Positions 30,311 through 43,115 of a stretch of DNA of 64,000 nt are shown one piece after another. The DNA comes from Callorhinchus milii (Eukaryota). The notes beneath the pieces were generated by a model. That model was not told the origin of the DNA. It ran no database searches and was given only the letters and a program-made list of their open reading frames with translations. The stretch covers positions 6,326,001 through 6,390,000 of the forward strand of contig NW_024704743.1 in assembly GCF_018977255.1 (NCBI RefSeq), read 5' to 3'. Position 1 is the first letter of the stretch; every line of letters starts with the position of its first letter. A program made the position numbers and the translations under genes.

Positions 30311-30814
30311 TTAAGCTTTTATACTGCTCAGACTCTCCCGCCCCATCAATCAGGATAGTCCATGTGGCTCCATTATAACAAACTCATTGCTTAGCGGACC
30401 CCAAATTGCCATTCCCAAAACTCTGTTACGTTAGTAAAAAAAAGTTACTGAATCAGTTGTATGCGAATCACAGTTTCATGAAATGTTCAAGATTATGAAA
30501 GGGGAGAGGTATGCAAAGGCCTGCTTGGAGCTGAACTGGCTCCGAGGTGACATGTTTGGCAATGGAATGTGGGAATGTGGTGGTCTCGGTACTCCTATTC
30601 CTGAGCCAGATAGGTCTGTAGTGCTCCAGGGCTGTGACTGCACAGCCAGCCTGGCGCATCAGCAAGACTTGGAAGGGAAGAACAGTCACTGGGGGCGGGG
30701 AATCCTCCCTCTCAGCTCATGCTAACCCTGCAAGCCAATTCCCTAACGTGTAGGGTGGTGCTAGCTGGACAAGCAGCAGAAAAACTTGCCAGATAGCAAT
30801 ACCAATGGCAAGCC

Positions 30815-31689
30815 ATGTGGTTTTGGCTGGTTACAGTCCAGCAGTACACCAATGCACACTCTCGAGTCATCAAGCCTTGGCTCTTGACAACTTGCACTTA
30901 ATACTTTCCAGAATTAGGTAAACTGGATGCATTCCCTCCAGGTAGAGACTGCGCATTCCATTCCAGCAAGATCTCTGGAATTCCCACGTGCAAATGTTTC
31001 GGATACTCTTAAGCATGGGGATGGTTGAGCATGGCAGTCAAATCAAAAAATGATTTAAGTTGGGAAAACAGCAGCACAGCCATGATTGACCAAATGGACT
31101 GGTTCTAATGTAACATTCTATGCAGTTCCAGAGGGTGGGGGCAGAATTGCTGAAGACCCACCCACCAATGTTAGTGGGGGGGGGTGGGGGAGCGAGGCGG
31201 GGGACATGAAGCCAACCAGAGCTCACTGAGTGCAGTGAATAGGAGGTTGATAGCGGGTTAGGAGGTTGCAGAGGTATGGGTGCGCAAGACCATGGAGGGC
31301 TTTGAAGGTGAGGACCAGGATCTTGAACGGTATCCTCTGTGTAATGGGAAGTCAGTGGAGTCGGGCAAGAATGTGGGTGATGGATCATGGAGTCTGGTGC
31401 AGAAGAGGATACATGCTGCAGAGTTCTGATGATCGGCAGCCTAAGGAGGGGGAGGCCAATAAGCAGGGAGTTTGCATAGTCAAGCCTGGATGTTATGAAT
31501 GTGTATATGAGGGTGAGGGTTAGTGGCGTGTGGAGTGAGACAGTGGCAGAGCCGGGCATTGTTGTTTTAGGTGGGGGAAGGCACAGATATGTGGTTTTGG
31601 CTTGTTAGACTCCAGCAATATCCCAATGCACACTCTCGAGTCGTCAAGCCTTAGCTCTTGCCAACTTGCACTTAATACTTTCCAGAATT
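30815..31689 (+). repeat. Pair of about 100-bp diverged direct repeats (30815-30915, 31589-31689)
   Basis: ATGTGGTTTTGGC...AATGCACACTCTCGAGTC..CAAGCCTT..CTCTTG.CAACTTGCACTTAATACTTTCCAGAATT occurs twice. Confidence 0.8.
31122..31580 (-). mobile_element. L2 LINE fragment
   Basis: FITSRLDYANSLLIGLP; IGGWVFSNSAPTLWN. Confidence 0.78.
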
Positions 31690-32459
31690 TGCTGAGTGTG
31701 TCGGGACTTCATTAATAAACTTCAGCCACCGCTGATAAAGTACATTTTCTGGTGCCTCGTCACCTCAAAAATAATAATCAAGCCTAATGGCAGAAGGTGT
31801 TTGAATATGATTTCCCTCTAACTTCATTTCCTCATTAGGTATCTGCCTTCAGCCTGGTGGTAAGAAACTGTAGGAAGAAACTGTAGTTTCTTCAGTAAGA
31901 AACTCAGAATACCATGCGTACTATTCTTTTGAGCTTTGAGCTTCTAAGGCAACATAATAATCGGCTACGTTTGGACTGGTATTTGTTTGACTTTGGGCTA
32001 CAAACATATTTTAATTTCCTGGCAACCCTGCTTGCACATCGACCGACCTCAGGTCACCTCTGACCTTCTCAACTTCATAACCCTAAAGCAGGGTGACCGC
32101 ACATCCCCATTTTCTGAGGACAGTCCCGGATGAGGAATTGTGTCCCTGGCTAAATTTGCATTTCTTATTGGGAGGATGTCCCAAAGCACTTCATAGGATT
32201 TACTATGAAGTGAGTTGACTGTAACAGCCAATTTGTGCACAACAATGTCCTAAAAACAACCATGAAGTAAATTACCAATTTTATTTGGGGAATTGCTGTC
32301 CAGGACACCGGAAGAAATTCCCTTCACTTTTTGAATAATGCCATGGGATCTTTAACATCCACCTGAACAGCCAGCCGGGGACTTGGATAAACATGTCATC
32401 CGAAGGACTGCTCCTCCAGTATATTGGATACTAATTGATAAATAAGGACCAATTGACGC

Positions 32460-33066
32460 ATCGCCCGTCTCTCCGAAAGCTGCTGAAACCCTGGTCAATG
32501 TCTTTGTCACCTCTCGGCTGGACTGCTCAAAAGCCCTCCTCACCGGCCTCCCCTCCACTACCATCCATAAAATCCAGATTATTCAAAACTGTGCTGCCCG
32601 CATTCTCATCCGCACCAAACTCTGCTCCCCAATCACCCCAGTCCTTGCCAGACTGCGCTGGATGCCTGTCCCAGAGAGGATCATCTTCAAGATCCTCACC
32701 CTTGTCTTCAAATCCCTCCACTCCTCTGCACCACTCTCTCTGAACTCCTCTCTCCTCAAAACAGTGCCCGTTGCTTTCGTTCCTCCGGGTCTGGCCTCCT
32801 CCTTATCCCCTGAGTCCTCCTCTCCAGCCTTGGTGGCTGTGCCTTCAGCCACTACGCCCTGAAGCTCTGGAACTCCCTTCCTCACTCCCTTCGCCTCGCC
32901 CCCTCTCTTCCTATTTTCAGGTCTCGGCTGAAGACCTTTCTTTTCGACTGTGCCTTTGGTTACCTTCCTCTCCCGCCCCCTGGCTCATCCCCGGAATCCG
33001 TTACTGTGAGCGCTCTGAGACGCCGTCTGGTGTGGAGGGCGCTATATAAATCCAAGTTGTTGTTGT
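32460..33066 (+). mobile_element. L2 LINE 3' fragment
   Basis: AETLVNVFVTSRLDCS, WMPVPERIIFKILTLVFKSLH, tail GGCGCTATATAAAT..(GTT)n. Confidence 0.82.
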
Positions 33067-33253
33067 TAACTAGGACCAATGGAAAGAAATCAGGAGGGAG
33101 AGAAAGCAGAAAGAACTGAGTAAAGGGTGCTTGGTGTGACTGTTGGATTTTGTAACTAAAATGAAAGAGTGTTCTACACATGGTTTGTTGAGAACATAAC
33201 ACAGCAGTGCAATACCCCCCATCACCCCACATTGGACCAGAGTCGTGTTAGAC

Positions 33254-33990
33254 TGGGTAGGTCCAACTGGCAGCCCTCGAGCCGAATCCGGTTCTGGGGG
33301 ATGATTTCATCCAACCTGGAAACCATTTCCAATTTCTGGCCACCTGGCCCCAAACCCGCACGCCGCGAATGGTCCCCTCATTACAACAGCAGCAGCAGGG
33401 CGGGGTTTCGGCCGTATTCCCCCGGCGCCACCCCAGCTCCACCCTCATCTCGCGAAATCGCCCACCTGCAAAATCGTGCAGGGAACCAGGGCGGGGTTTC
33501 GGCCGCACTCCCCCTTTCTCGCGTGAATTTGCCTTCTACTGTTCGGGGAGTAGGCGTAAGAGCGCTCGGCTGCAGCGCATGCTTTGAGCAAAGCCGAGCG
33601 CGAGCGGAAGCCATTGGGGATGAGCAGCATGTGCTCCACACTCCACCCCACACACACACTAACCTTCCGTCCCCCCCTGCCCTCCCTCCTTCCTGAACCC
33701 CAGCTCGGTTCCGAAACACTGATTGTCCAGCACATTGGGACGGCCTCCCACCCTGAAAGGCACTATACACATGTAATTGTTGTTGTTGTTCGAATCACAT
33801 CAGAAGCTAACCTGCGCTGGGGCTGGGAGTGTCGATCGCTGTGAGATGGCTTTCCCACATGAAAATGAAGATGTTTCAATATTATGTTCATGTTTCTGGA
33901 AAGGAAACAACAAAATATTGCTTATGAGGCCCGCGACCTTTCTCAAATCTGGCATCCAGCCCTCAGCAGCCAAAGGGTTGGACCAGCCTG
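33254..33990. mobile_element. Candidate non-autonomous hAT (Charlie-like) DNA transposon with CpG-rich interior; unit A counterpart <1-1106
   Basis: Imperfect TIRs TGGGTAGGTCCAAC / GTTGGACCAGCCTG resembling CAGGGGTGTCCAAC-type ends; degenerate 8-bp flanks TGTTAGAC / TCTTAGTT; nested L2 tail. Confidence 0.45.
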
Positions 33991-36296
33991 TCTTAGTTGA
34001 TGTGAGGTCAAGTCATGTGGGGCTTGAACCCACTATATGGGTCATAAAATAGTCCGTGTCAGAGTGGACGCAATAGACTGGCTGGTCTTCTGTTCCTGAT
34101 TGCCTATGTACGTGTTAGTCTTCATTGGCCGGTAAGTGGCAATCGGATTACTCGCAAGGCCAGTGGTAAGTACAGTATTGTCTGCTTTGGGCAGCATATT
34201 TGATTGAAGTGATAATTATTCTATCACAGGTTATACTACATGTTGAAGTTTGGATCTCACAAAGTTAATGCTGTTACTGAAGCAAACATGGCAGAGGTAT
34301 TGACCAGCAATATTCCAAACAATAAAAAAAAGGAGTCAATTAAACTAGTTATTTGAGATGAATTTTGCTGCAGAAGGGGATATTAGCCAGAATGACCTGA
34401 AGAAATTTCCTGTGCGTCTTTGAAATTGTGGTTTGGGATCTTTGAACATCCACTTGCATCACAAAACAAATCAGTCCTTGGTTTAACAATCATTCCAATA
34501 TCAAATCATCTGGAATGATAAGTAATATTGTTTTATATAATGCTCAACTCAGGCACTCAAAGTCCTCAGGTCAAATGTTTCCACTGTGATCTGCAGTATG
34601 CTACTTACAGAACATGCTGTTCCCCTAACACACAATGTTTGGACTGTTGGTTAATTTGATGCTAATTTAATCCTAGTATTACTTCCTGTGCATTTTCCAA
34701 ATAGGTAGTATCTGTTGTAATTAAGTTCTCAATTCACAAATTTCTAAAATATAAATCAAATATCCAAGGTCTATAGTTTACCTCTTGGTTGTGTTTCATT
34801 ATGTTGACATCAAAGTTCTTAGCGCTATTGAAGTTTAAATAATAATCATGTGCAAATTGCACAAACATGGATTTTACCTAACTTATTTGAAGTGTGAACA
34901 GTATTTTATAATCACAATACACTTCCTCCCCGCTTTACTCTCGGGGCATCTGTTACAAGCCACAAATGTTACCATCCAAATGTTTTAGCTTCATCGTATT
35001 TAAAGGCATTGGCACCACTCAGAATCAGTCACACTTGGAAAATGAGTGGAATAATAATATTATAAATAATAATAGTCATTGCATTTGATATAGCGCCTTA
35101 TGGCATCATCTGGACAAATAAAAAAAGGTCAGAGGAAGTATTGTAAAGTAGTTTGTGTGGGGTGAAATGTGGCAGCCAGTTGCACACAGTAATGTCCCAC
35201 AAACAGCCATGGAGTGAGTGACCAGTTTTATTTGGAGGTCATCCTCATGAGACCGAGTTCTGCGTGGGTTGAAGAAAGTTCTCAAGCAATTGTACAATGT
35301 ACAATTTGGCATTGCTCAAAAGGAGAAGGGATCTTCTCCTAATATCCTGGGCAACATTCCTCCAGCTAATTCATACTTGCATTCAAATATACAGTCACAG
35401 CAGTTGGCAATAATTACCGGTAAAGCATTTTGAGACATTTCTACGTTATAGTTGCTATATCAAAATGAAAGTTTATTTTAAAATTTCTATCCCACCTAAA
35501 ATGTTTCAGGAAATGAGTTTAATGTTGACATCTCAAATGAACAGTCTTAGTCCTCAGTTTTAAATAAGGAAAATAAGGTGATGATTTATTATTATTAATA
35601 ATTCTTATAATCCTTTCATTTGGTATAATGTCTTTCAAGTTGGGTGATGTCTCAAAGAGCTTCACTGTGTATTTATTGTGCAGTGCTGCTGTGTATTTGT
35701 AGCAAAATGCAACAGCCCATTTGCACATAGCAATGTGCCACAAACACCCAGAAAATGAATGACAATCTGTGCATCTGAATTTGATGATGTCAACCGCTGG
35801 CATGGGGTTAATTTCCACATGCATTCAGGTGACACCCATCTCTATCTCTCTGGCTCCACCCTCGACTCCAGGATCACTGCTATCCTGACGGATTATCTGT
35901 CAGACATCAAGTCCCAGATGAGAGCCAACTTTCTCCAGCTGAACATTGACAAGTCTGAGGCCCTCCTGCTTGGCTCTCATCAGTGCCTTCTCACTTCAGG
36001 TGCTGATTGCATCAGCATCCACATCTGCAATCCCCACCATACATAGCTAGTACAGAACTGTGGTTCCTGTTTGATGCTTAATTCTCCTTTGAACCACACA
36101 TCTGAGCAAAGATCCATTCAACCTTCCCCCACCTCTGCAACATTGCCGCCTCCGCCACTGCCTTTCCCCTCAGGCCACCGAGATCCTCATTTATGATTGA
36201 TCCTCATTTATGATTGATTCACCATAGCGTAGACAAGCTATATTCTACTGTAGAATTAACCAACACTATAGATTTGACAGCAGGTTGTTTGGAGTA

Positions 36297-37277
36297 CATA
36301 AGAACATAAGAATTTGCAAAGCGAAATAAGACCAAAGTTCATCTAGTTTGTCTTCCACTATTCTGGCAATCGCTTGACATGTCGTGTCCCAAACTATACA
36401 TTGTACCCTGAGATATTATTTTCTAGCAGAAATCTATCTCATTTGTTCTTGAAACAAATTACATTTTCTGCTTCCATCATCGCCCCTAGGGAGCCTGTTC
36501 CATAAGTTTACTACTCTCTCACTAAAGTAGTGTTTCTGCAGATTTGTTCTGAATTTACCCCCCTTCAGTCGTAGGCCATGTCCTCTGGTATTACTGTTCA
36601 GCACAAGGTAAAACAGCTTTATTTTGTACTGTTTTATCTTGTACTGAACAATAGAATCAGAGTACATGGTATACGACTGAAGTGGGTTAAATTCATAGCT
36701 TGTTTACCCTATGGTGAATCAACCATAAATAAGCAATTGTCCTCATGCAGCCTAAAAGACAGAAATTATAAAAAAAACTTTCGATGGGTTGAACCCCACT
36801 GAAGGTTTTTTTTTGACTGTCATGGTCTACTTTATCTATTCCCTTCAGAATCTTTAAGACCATAATCATATATCGCCCCTCACCTTCTCTTCTCCAGTGT
36901 GAACATGCTCAGTTTATCTAATCATTCCTTGTAGTCCAGTCCCTCCATCCACTCAATCATTTGGTTGCCCTCCTCTGTATCCTCTCAATCGCTGCAATAT
37001 CCTTCCTATATTGCCGTGACCGGAACTGCACGTAGTGTTCCACGTGTGGTCGCTGATCGCCAAGTAATTTGCAAAGTGGCAGGATTACCCTACTATTTTG
37101 GCTCAATATTACTCTTTTAATACAGCTTAGCATCTGGTTTGCCTTACTCACTGCGACCGAGCACTGTTGGGAATCTTCATTTTATTGTCAATTAGGATCC
37201 CCAGGTTCTTTTTATCTTCTGTACAGATTATTTTCTTACCATTTAACTAATAGTCCCTTCCTGGATTTTTTTTGTCT
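36297..37277 (-). mobile_element. CR1 LINE 3' fragment present only in unit B
   Basis: SKANQMLSCIKR, TRGHGLRLKGGKFRTNLQKHYFSERVVNLWNRLP; interrupts an L2 fragment; contains an internal non-CR1 insert at about 36620-36820. Confidence 0.82.
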
Positions 37278-38145
37278 CCATCCTCTCCCGGCTCTACCGG
37301 CTCCCCATCCCACAGAGTTTCGATTTTAAAATCCTCATCCAAACTTTTAAAGCCCTCCATGGACCAGCTCCTCCATATCTCTGCGACCTATCAACACCAC
37401 ACCAACCTGTCCATTCCCTCTGCTTGGTCAGCACAAACCTGCTCCATAACCCATTGGTGGTTGGACCTTCAGGTTTTCTGTCCACACCCTCTGGAACTCC
37501 ATTCAGAATCCCTCTGCCTCACCCTCTCTGTTGCCTCTTTCAAGCCTCGTCTCAAGACTTTCCTCTTTGATCGTGCTTTCGGCCACCATCCCACCCCTCC
37601 CCTCACCGTTCTTGATTCGAACTCCCATCTCAGGTACAAACCCTTGACTGTCCCTTGCCTTGAGATCTCCTTCCGACGTGAAAGGTGCTTGATAAGTGTA
37701 ATTTTGTTGTTATTGTTAACCCATTCCAGCTGTTACTTATTCTCTGTAAAAAAAACTTCCTGTACTAAGTTTCCCTTCACAATGATGATACTAATGCCCT
37801 CTTGTCTTGCTTATTTTGATTTTAAACATTCATTCACAATTGCAGTACATTTGAATTATATTGGTGTTGAACTCTATTTTGTCCACATGATGACGCTGTC
37901 ACATGTGGACACAATGATGTCTCACTGACTGGGTTATAATTAGGTGTGATAAAATGACCTACTTTAGGTCAATAATCTTAATAACAGTGGGCTCAATCCA
38001 TCGAAAGTTTGTTTTATAATTTCTGTCTTTTAGACTGTATGTGGACCATTGCTAATTTATGGTCGATTCAACATAGGGTAGACAAGCTATATTCTACTAT
38101 GGGATTAACCAACACCACGTATTAGACAGCAGGTTGTTTGGAGCA

Positions 38146-38912
38146 CATAATAAGAACATAAGAACATAAGAATTTGCACGACGAAAGAAGAACAGGACCT
38201 ATCTACTTTGCCTTCCACCATCCTGACAGCCACTTGACATGTCGTGTCCCTAACTATACACTGTGCCCCGAGATATTATTTTCTAGCAGAAATCTATCTC
38301 ATTTGTTCTTGAAACAAATGACATTTTCTGCTTCCACTGTCTCCCTAAGGAGCCTGTTCCATAAGTTTTCTACTCACTCCCCTAAGTAGTGTTTCCATAG
38401 ATTGGTTCAGTCGCAGGCCATGCCCTCGGTTCTACTGTTCAGCACAGGATAAAACAGCTTATCGTGGTCTACATTATCTATTTCCTTCAGAATCTTAAAG
38501 ACCTTAATCATATTCGCTCTTCAACATTCTCTTTTCCAGTGTGAACATGTCCAGTTATCTAATTGCTCCTCATCGTCCAGTCCCTCCATCCCCTCAATCA
38601 TTTTGGTTGCCCTCCTCTGTACCTCTCAATCGCTGCAACATCCTTCCTATATTGCTATGACCAGAACTTCACGCAGTAATCCAAGTGCGTTCGCACCAGT
38701 GATTGATAAAATGGCAGGATTGCCCCAATATTTCGGCTCAATATTGCCCTTTTAATACAGCCGAGCATCTGGTTTGCCTTCTTCACTGCTATCGAGCACT
38801 GTTGGGATAGCTTCATTTTATTATCACTCAGGATCTCTAGATCCTTTTTTATTTTCTGTACAGAAGATTTTCTTACCATTTAAATAATAGTCCCTTCCTG
38901 GATTTTTTTGTC
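38146..38912 (-). mobile_element. CR1 LINE 3' fragment (unit B counterpart of 3962-4727)
   Basis: Same ORF fragment and tail. Confidence 0.85.
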
Positions 38913-41900
38913 CCCTGTGAAAAGCACTTTCATTTCTCTTTTAAATTTTAATAATAATTCTTGCATTTGATATAGTGCTTTATCACGATGTGGAGACGTT
39001 TCAAATCACTTCAAAGAATATGCGTAAAGTGGATTGACTGTACATTTTGTGGATATAAACATGCTACCAGTTGCGTTTCCTGGGGGTGTGTATGTATATG
39101 TGTGGGGGGAAATCCAAGGCTTTAGATTGTGATTCTATGAGAATGGGATCATTTTTCTATTTTCATACTACTTCCAATTATCAAAAGAAGCAATTTTAAA
39201 CAAGTGCTGTATTATTGACAATATTGGGAGTATATTCCAAAGTGTTTTACAGGATATACTGTATGAGAAAACAACAGCTCCTCTGCTTTGAGAGAAGACC
39301 AGCAGCAGAGCAGATATTTAGTTTCAACACAAAGCCTGTGATGTTGGCGAAGTGAATCCCCTCAATTTTGGATTCAAGAAAGTCCATTGTCTCCTCACAT
39401 TTGGAGTTGGAGGAGAGGACGAGCGATCAAGGCTTGGGAAGGTGGGCAGAGGAGCTGGGTTGTGGTACATATAATAATAATAATAATCTTTGCATTTGAT
39501 ATAGCGCTTTTCATGTCGGAGGACGTCCCAAAGTGCTTCACAGAACACACTGTAAAGTGAATTGACTGTATATTTGTGGGCGAACGCGGCAGCCAATTGC
39601 GCACAGCAATGTCCCACAAACAGTCGTAGATTGAAAATGACCAATTTATTATTGTTTTTGGTTTTGGAGGGATTATTATTAGGCTGTGTGGAATAAGGAA
39701 ACTTGCCCAAGGTTTCGCCCTGGTGATTGAAAATGTTTATTCAGTACTGTAATGTCCAGTCTGTCTTCAGAATATTTGAAAATTGGTAAAGATACACAAT
39801 TCAATATTTGTGCACTGACTTTATTTTGTTCCAATCTTTAAAATTGAGGATTTCATCTCCTCATTTGTTTTAATATTTTTCATGTTCTAATTTTTATTTA
39901 CACATTATGACTAAGGTTCCAATAATGCTTTGAAAATAATTTTTAAATCAAAATAACATCAACATTTTTCATATTTGTTATATTTAGTAAAAGAATGTAC
40001 ATACAGCAGTACAGATTTTTTCAAAAGAATAGAACTTATTAATACATGTCAAAAATCTCAAATTGATTTTTTTAAAAAGAAAATTTAAGGGAAGGAGGGG
40101 AGGCATTGGGAATGTGGAATGGAGTTCCAAAAGCGTGGGAGCAGAAAGGCAGAAGGCTTGACTGTCGATGATGGGGCGGGTAGGACGGGGGTCATAGAGT
40201 AGGCCAGAGTCCAGAACAGGGGGCATAATCTTCAAATTAAAGCTAGGCTAATTAGGAGTAGAATCAGGAGGCAATTTTTCACCCAAAGGTAGTGGAAATC
40301 TGGTGGATGGAGGTAGATAGATGTTTGTTAGGTAAGTGTAGTCCTGTAGCTCAGTGGTGAGAGCACTCACTTTGCAAGCGAGACCTGGGTTTGATTCCCA
40401 GCAGGGTGAAACCTTGGGTAAGTTTCCTTACTCCAAACGCCTGATAATAATCCCTCAAGAAAAACAATAATAAATTGGTCATTTCAATCCACGACTGTTT
40501 GTGGGACACTGCTGTGCGCAATTGGCTGCCGCGCTTCACCCATAAATATACAGTCAATTCACTTTACAGTCTATTCTGTGAAGCGCTTTGAGACGTCTAG
40601 AAGACGTGAAAAGCGCTATATGAAATGCAAAGATTATTATTATAATTCCATTGAGAGATATGGGTAAGTTAATTGGAGTTGAGATTCAGATCAGCCATGA
40701 TCTTATAGAATGGCAGAACAGGCTCAGGGGGCTGAATGGCCTACTCCTCCTATCTTCCTATGCTCCTAGACTGCTGAATGGAGGCAGTGTGGGGTTAGCA
40801 GGTCACAGAGCTAGGGATGAGCAAGGCCATGGAGGGCTTTGAATGCGAGGATGAGGATTTTGAACTCTACAAAATTAAAAGCGGCAGAAAGGTTTATCTA
40901 TTATGAATGAGACCAGATTATCAAATATCATCATTCTCTAGCAAATGGGGAATATAATCTTGATTTGACTGGAGGAAGTGCTGTAAAATGCTGTATTATT
41001 TATGCATTATTTACAACCGAGTAAACTCATCAGGAACTTCATCCAAAGAGTTGTTCAGTGGCACAGATGTTTCCCCAATATGAACTTGGAAACTTTACCA
41101 GAGTGGACACTGTCGATTTTGGATCAAGAAATGTTACTAGTGGCACACTGACATTCTTTTCCTGGTGAATCCAATTCTGTATGGTCATTCCTATCATGGA
41201 ATCAATGCCAAAACTGGAGAGAGTAGATTCTTTGGTAAAGTCTGTAGGATCTGTGTTGCTCACTTCAGACAACAAGGTTATTATATACTGTGCAGGAGAT
41301 ATTGCTAATTACTGATTGCTTTCTCAACATTTGACAGAGCTGAGATGTCACAGGCCACGCAAATGATCCTTGTCCCAATCTCATTCTATAATTTTCTAAA
41401 TTCCTCCTGCTTCTCCTTTGATGGAGAGCTCCTTGAAAGAACAAGAATATAGCCACCGCCATGGTTAGCAATGAATTTCACTCTTTCAAAGCCAAGAGCT
41501 GTAAGTCCTCCAGCAACTATATACACAGCATCACTTTTAAAGAGTTGCTTTTGTCTGCGGTGCATTGGAATCTCTGACATCCTCGTCTTGGTGGTGCTCT
41601 TCAGAACTGCAATGGAGACATCTCTCTATATAAAGTACGACTCATTCCTGCACTCAACCATGTCTGATATTCTTTGCTGACAGATCATTTTTGATAGATC
41701 AAAATGTTTCATCCCTAAATACATTGTTCTCATCCATTTATAGATGCAATTTGCAGATTTCATGAGATAGCCCTTTTGAAATATACTGGCTAACTGCAGA
41801 ACATGAATACAGACATTGTCCTTTTCATTTCGGAGAAAGTCTTGTGAAATAACAAGCATCTGCGTGTTGTCCAGGAGAACAACAATATCCCGAGCAGAAG

Positions 41901-42158
41901 AACCACTGACATATTTTGAAATAGAAGTTTTTTCAAAAGGTGGCAATAAAAGCAAAGCATCAAAGTGAACAGGAATCTGTACAAAGTCATTGGAGTCTGG
42001 GTGAACCTGAACTCTCCAGCCAGACTCCCTGGCTGTCAGAGACAAGACTTTACTCAAACACGAATCAGGTATCATGGAAACAATTACCAAGCGTTTCTGA
42101 TGTTTGGGTATTGGTGAGAGATTATGGAGTATTTCCTATGCTATTGCGAAGTATGACA

Positions 42159-43115
42159 TAAGAGCATAAGAATTAGGAGTAGGCCTTTCGGCACCTCGAG
42201 CCTGCCTCGCCATTCGATAAGATCACGGCCGATCTTCTGACCTAACTCTAATTACCTGCCCTATCCCCATATCCCCTAATCCCTCTATGTTTTAAAAATC
42301 TATCAGTTTCAGCCTTGAAGATGTTCAAAGACTGAGCATCTACAGCCTTCTGGGGTAGTGAATTCCATAAATTCACTACCCTCTGAGTGAAAAAATGTTT
42401 CCTCAACTCTGTTCTAAAAGGCTGACCCTTAATTTTAAGACTGTGACCCTGGTTATAGATTCTCCTACCAGGGGAAACAGACCCTCAGTGCCTACTTTAT
42501 CCAGCCCTTTAAGAATCTTATGTTTCAATAAGATCTCCCCTAATTCTTCTGTACTCTAGAGAATATAGCCCTAGTTTATTCAGCCTATCCTCAAGGTCAG
42601 TCCCCTCATCCCAGGAACTAACCGAGTGAATCTACGCTGCACCCCCTCTAAGGCAAGTATGTCCTTTTTTAAATAAGGAGACCAAAACTGCACACAATAC
42701 TCTTGGTGCGGTCTCACCAAGGCCCTATACAGTTGCAGCAAGACTTCCCTACTCTTGTACTTTAAACCTTTGCAATGAACGCTAACATGCCGTTCGCCTT
42801 CTTAGTTGCTGCTGCATCTGCAAACTAACGTTTTGAGACTGATGTACAAGGACACCCAAATCCCTCTGAACACTAACACTATCTAATCTCTCCCCCTCTA
42901 GAAAATAATCTGTTTTTCTATTTTTTCTACCTAGGTGAATAACTTCACACTTCCCCGCATTAAATTCCATCCATCACCTATTTGCCCACTCCCCTAGCCT
43001 ATCTATATCCCATTGCAATCTTTTTGCATCATCCTCAGAGCTTACTCTCCCACCTAGTTTAGAGTCATCCGCGAATTTGGATACGTTACATTCAATGTCC
43101 TCGTCTAGATCATTG
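42159..43115 (-). mobile_element. CR1 LINE insertion in PKS, copy B
   Basis: Same insertion and ATGACA TSD (42153-42158, 43116-43121). Confidence 0.92.
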
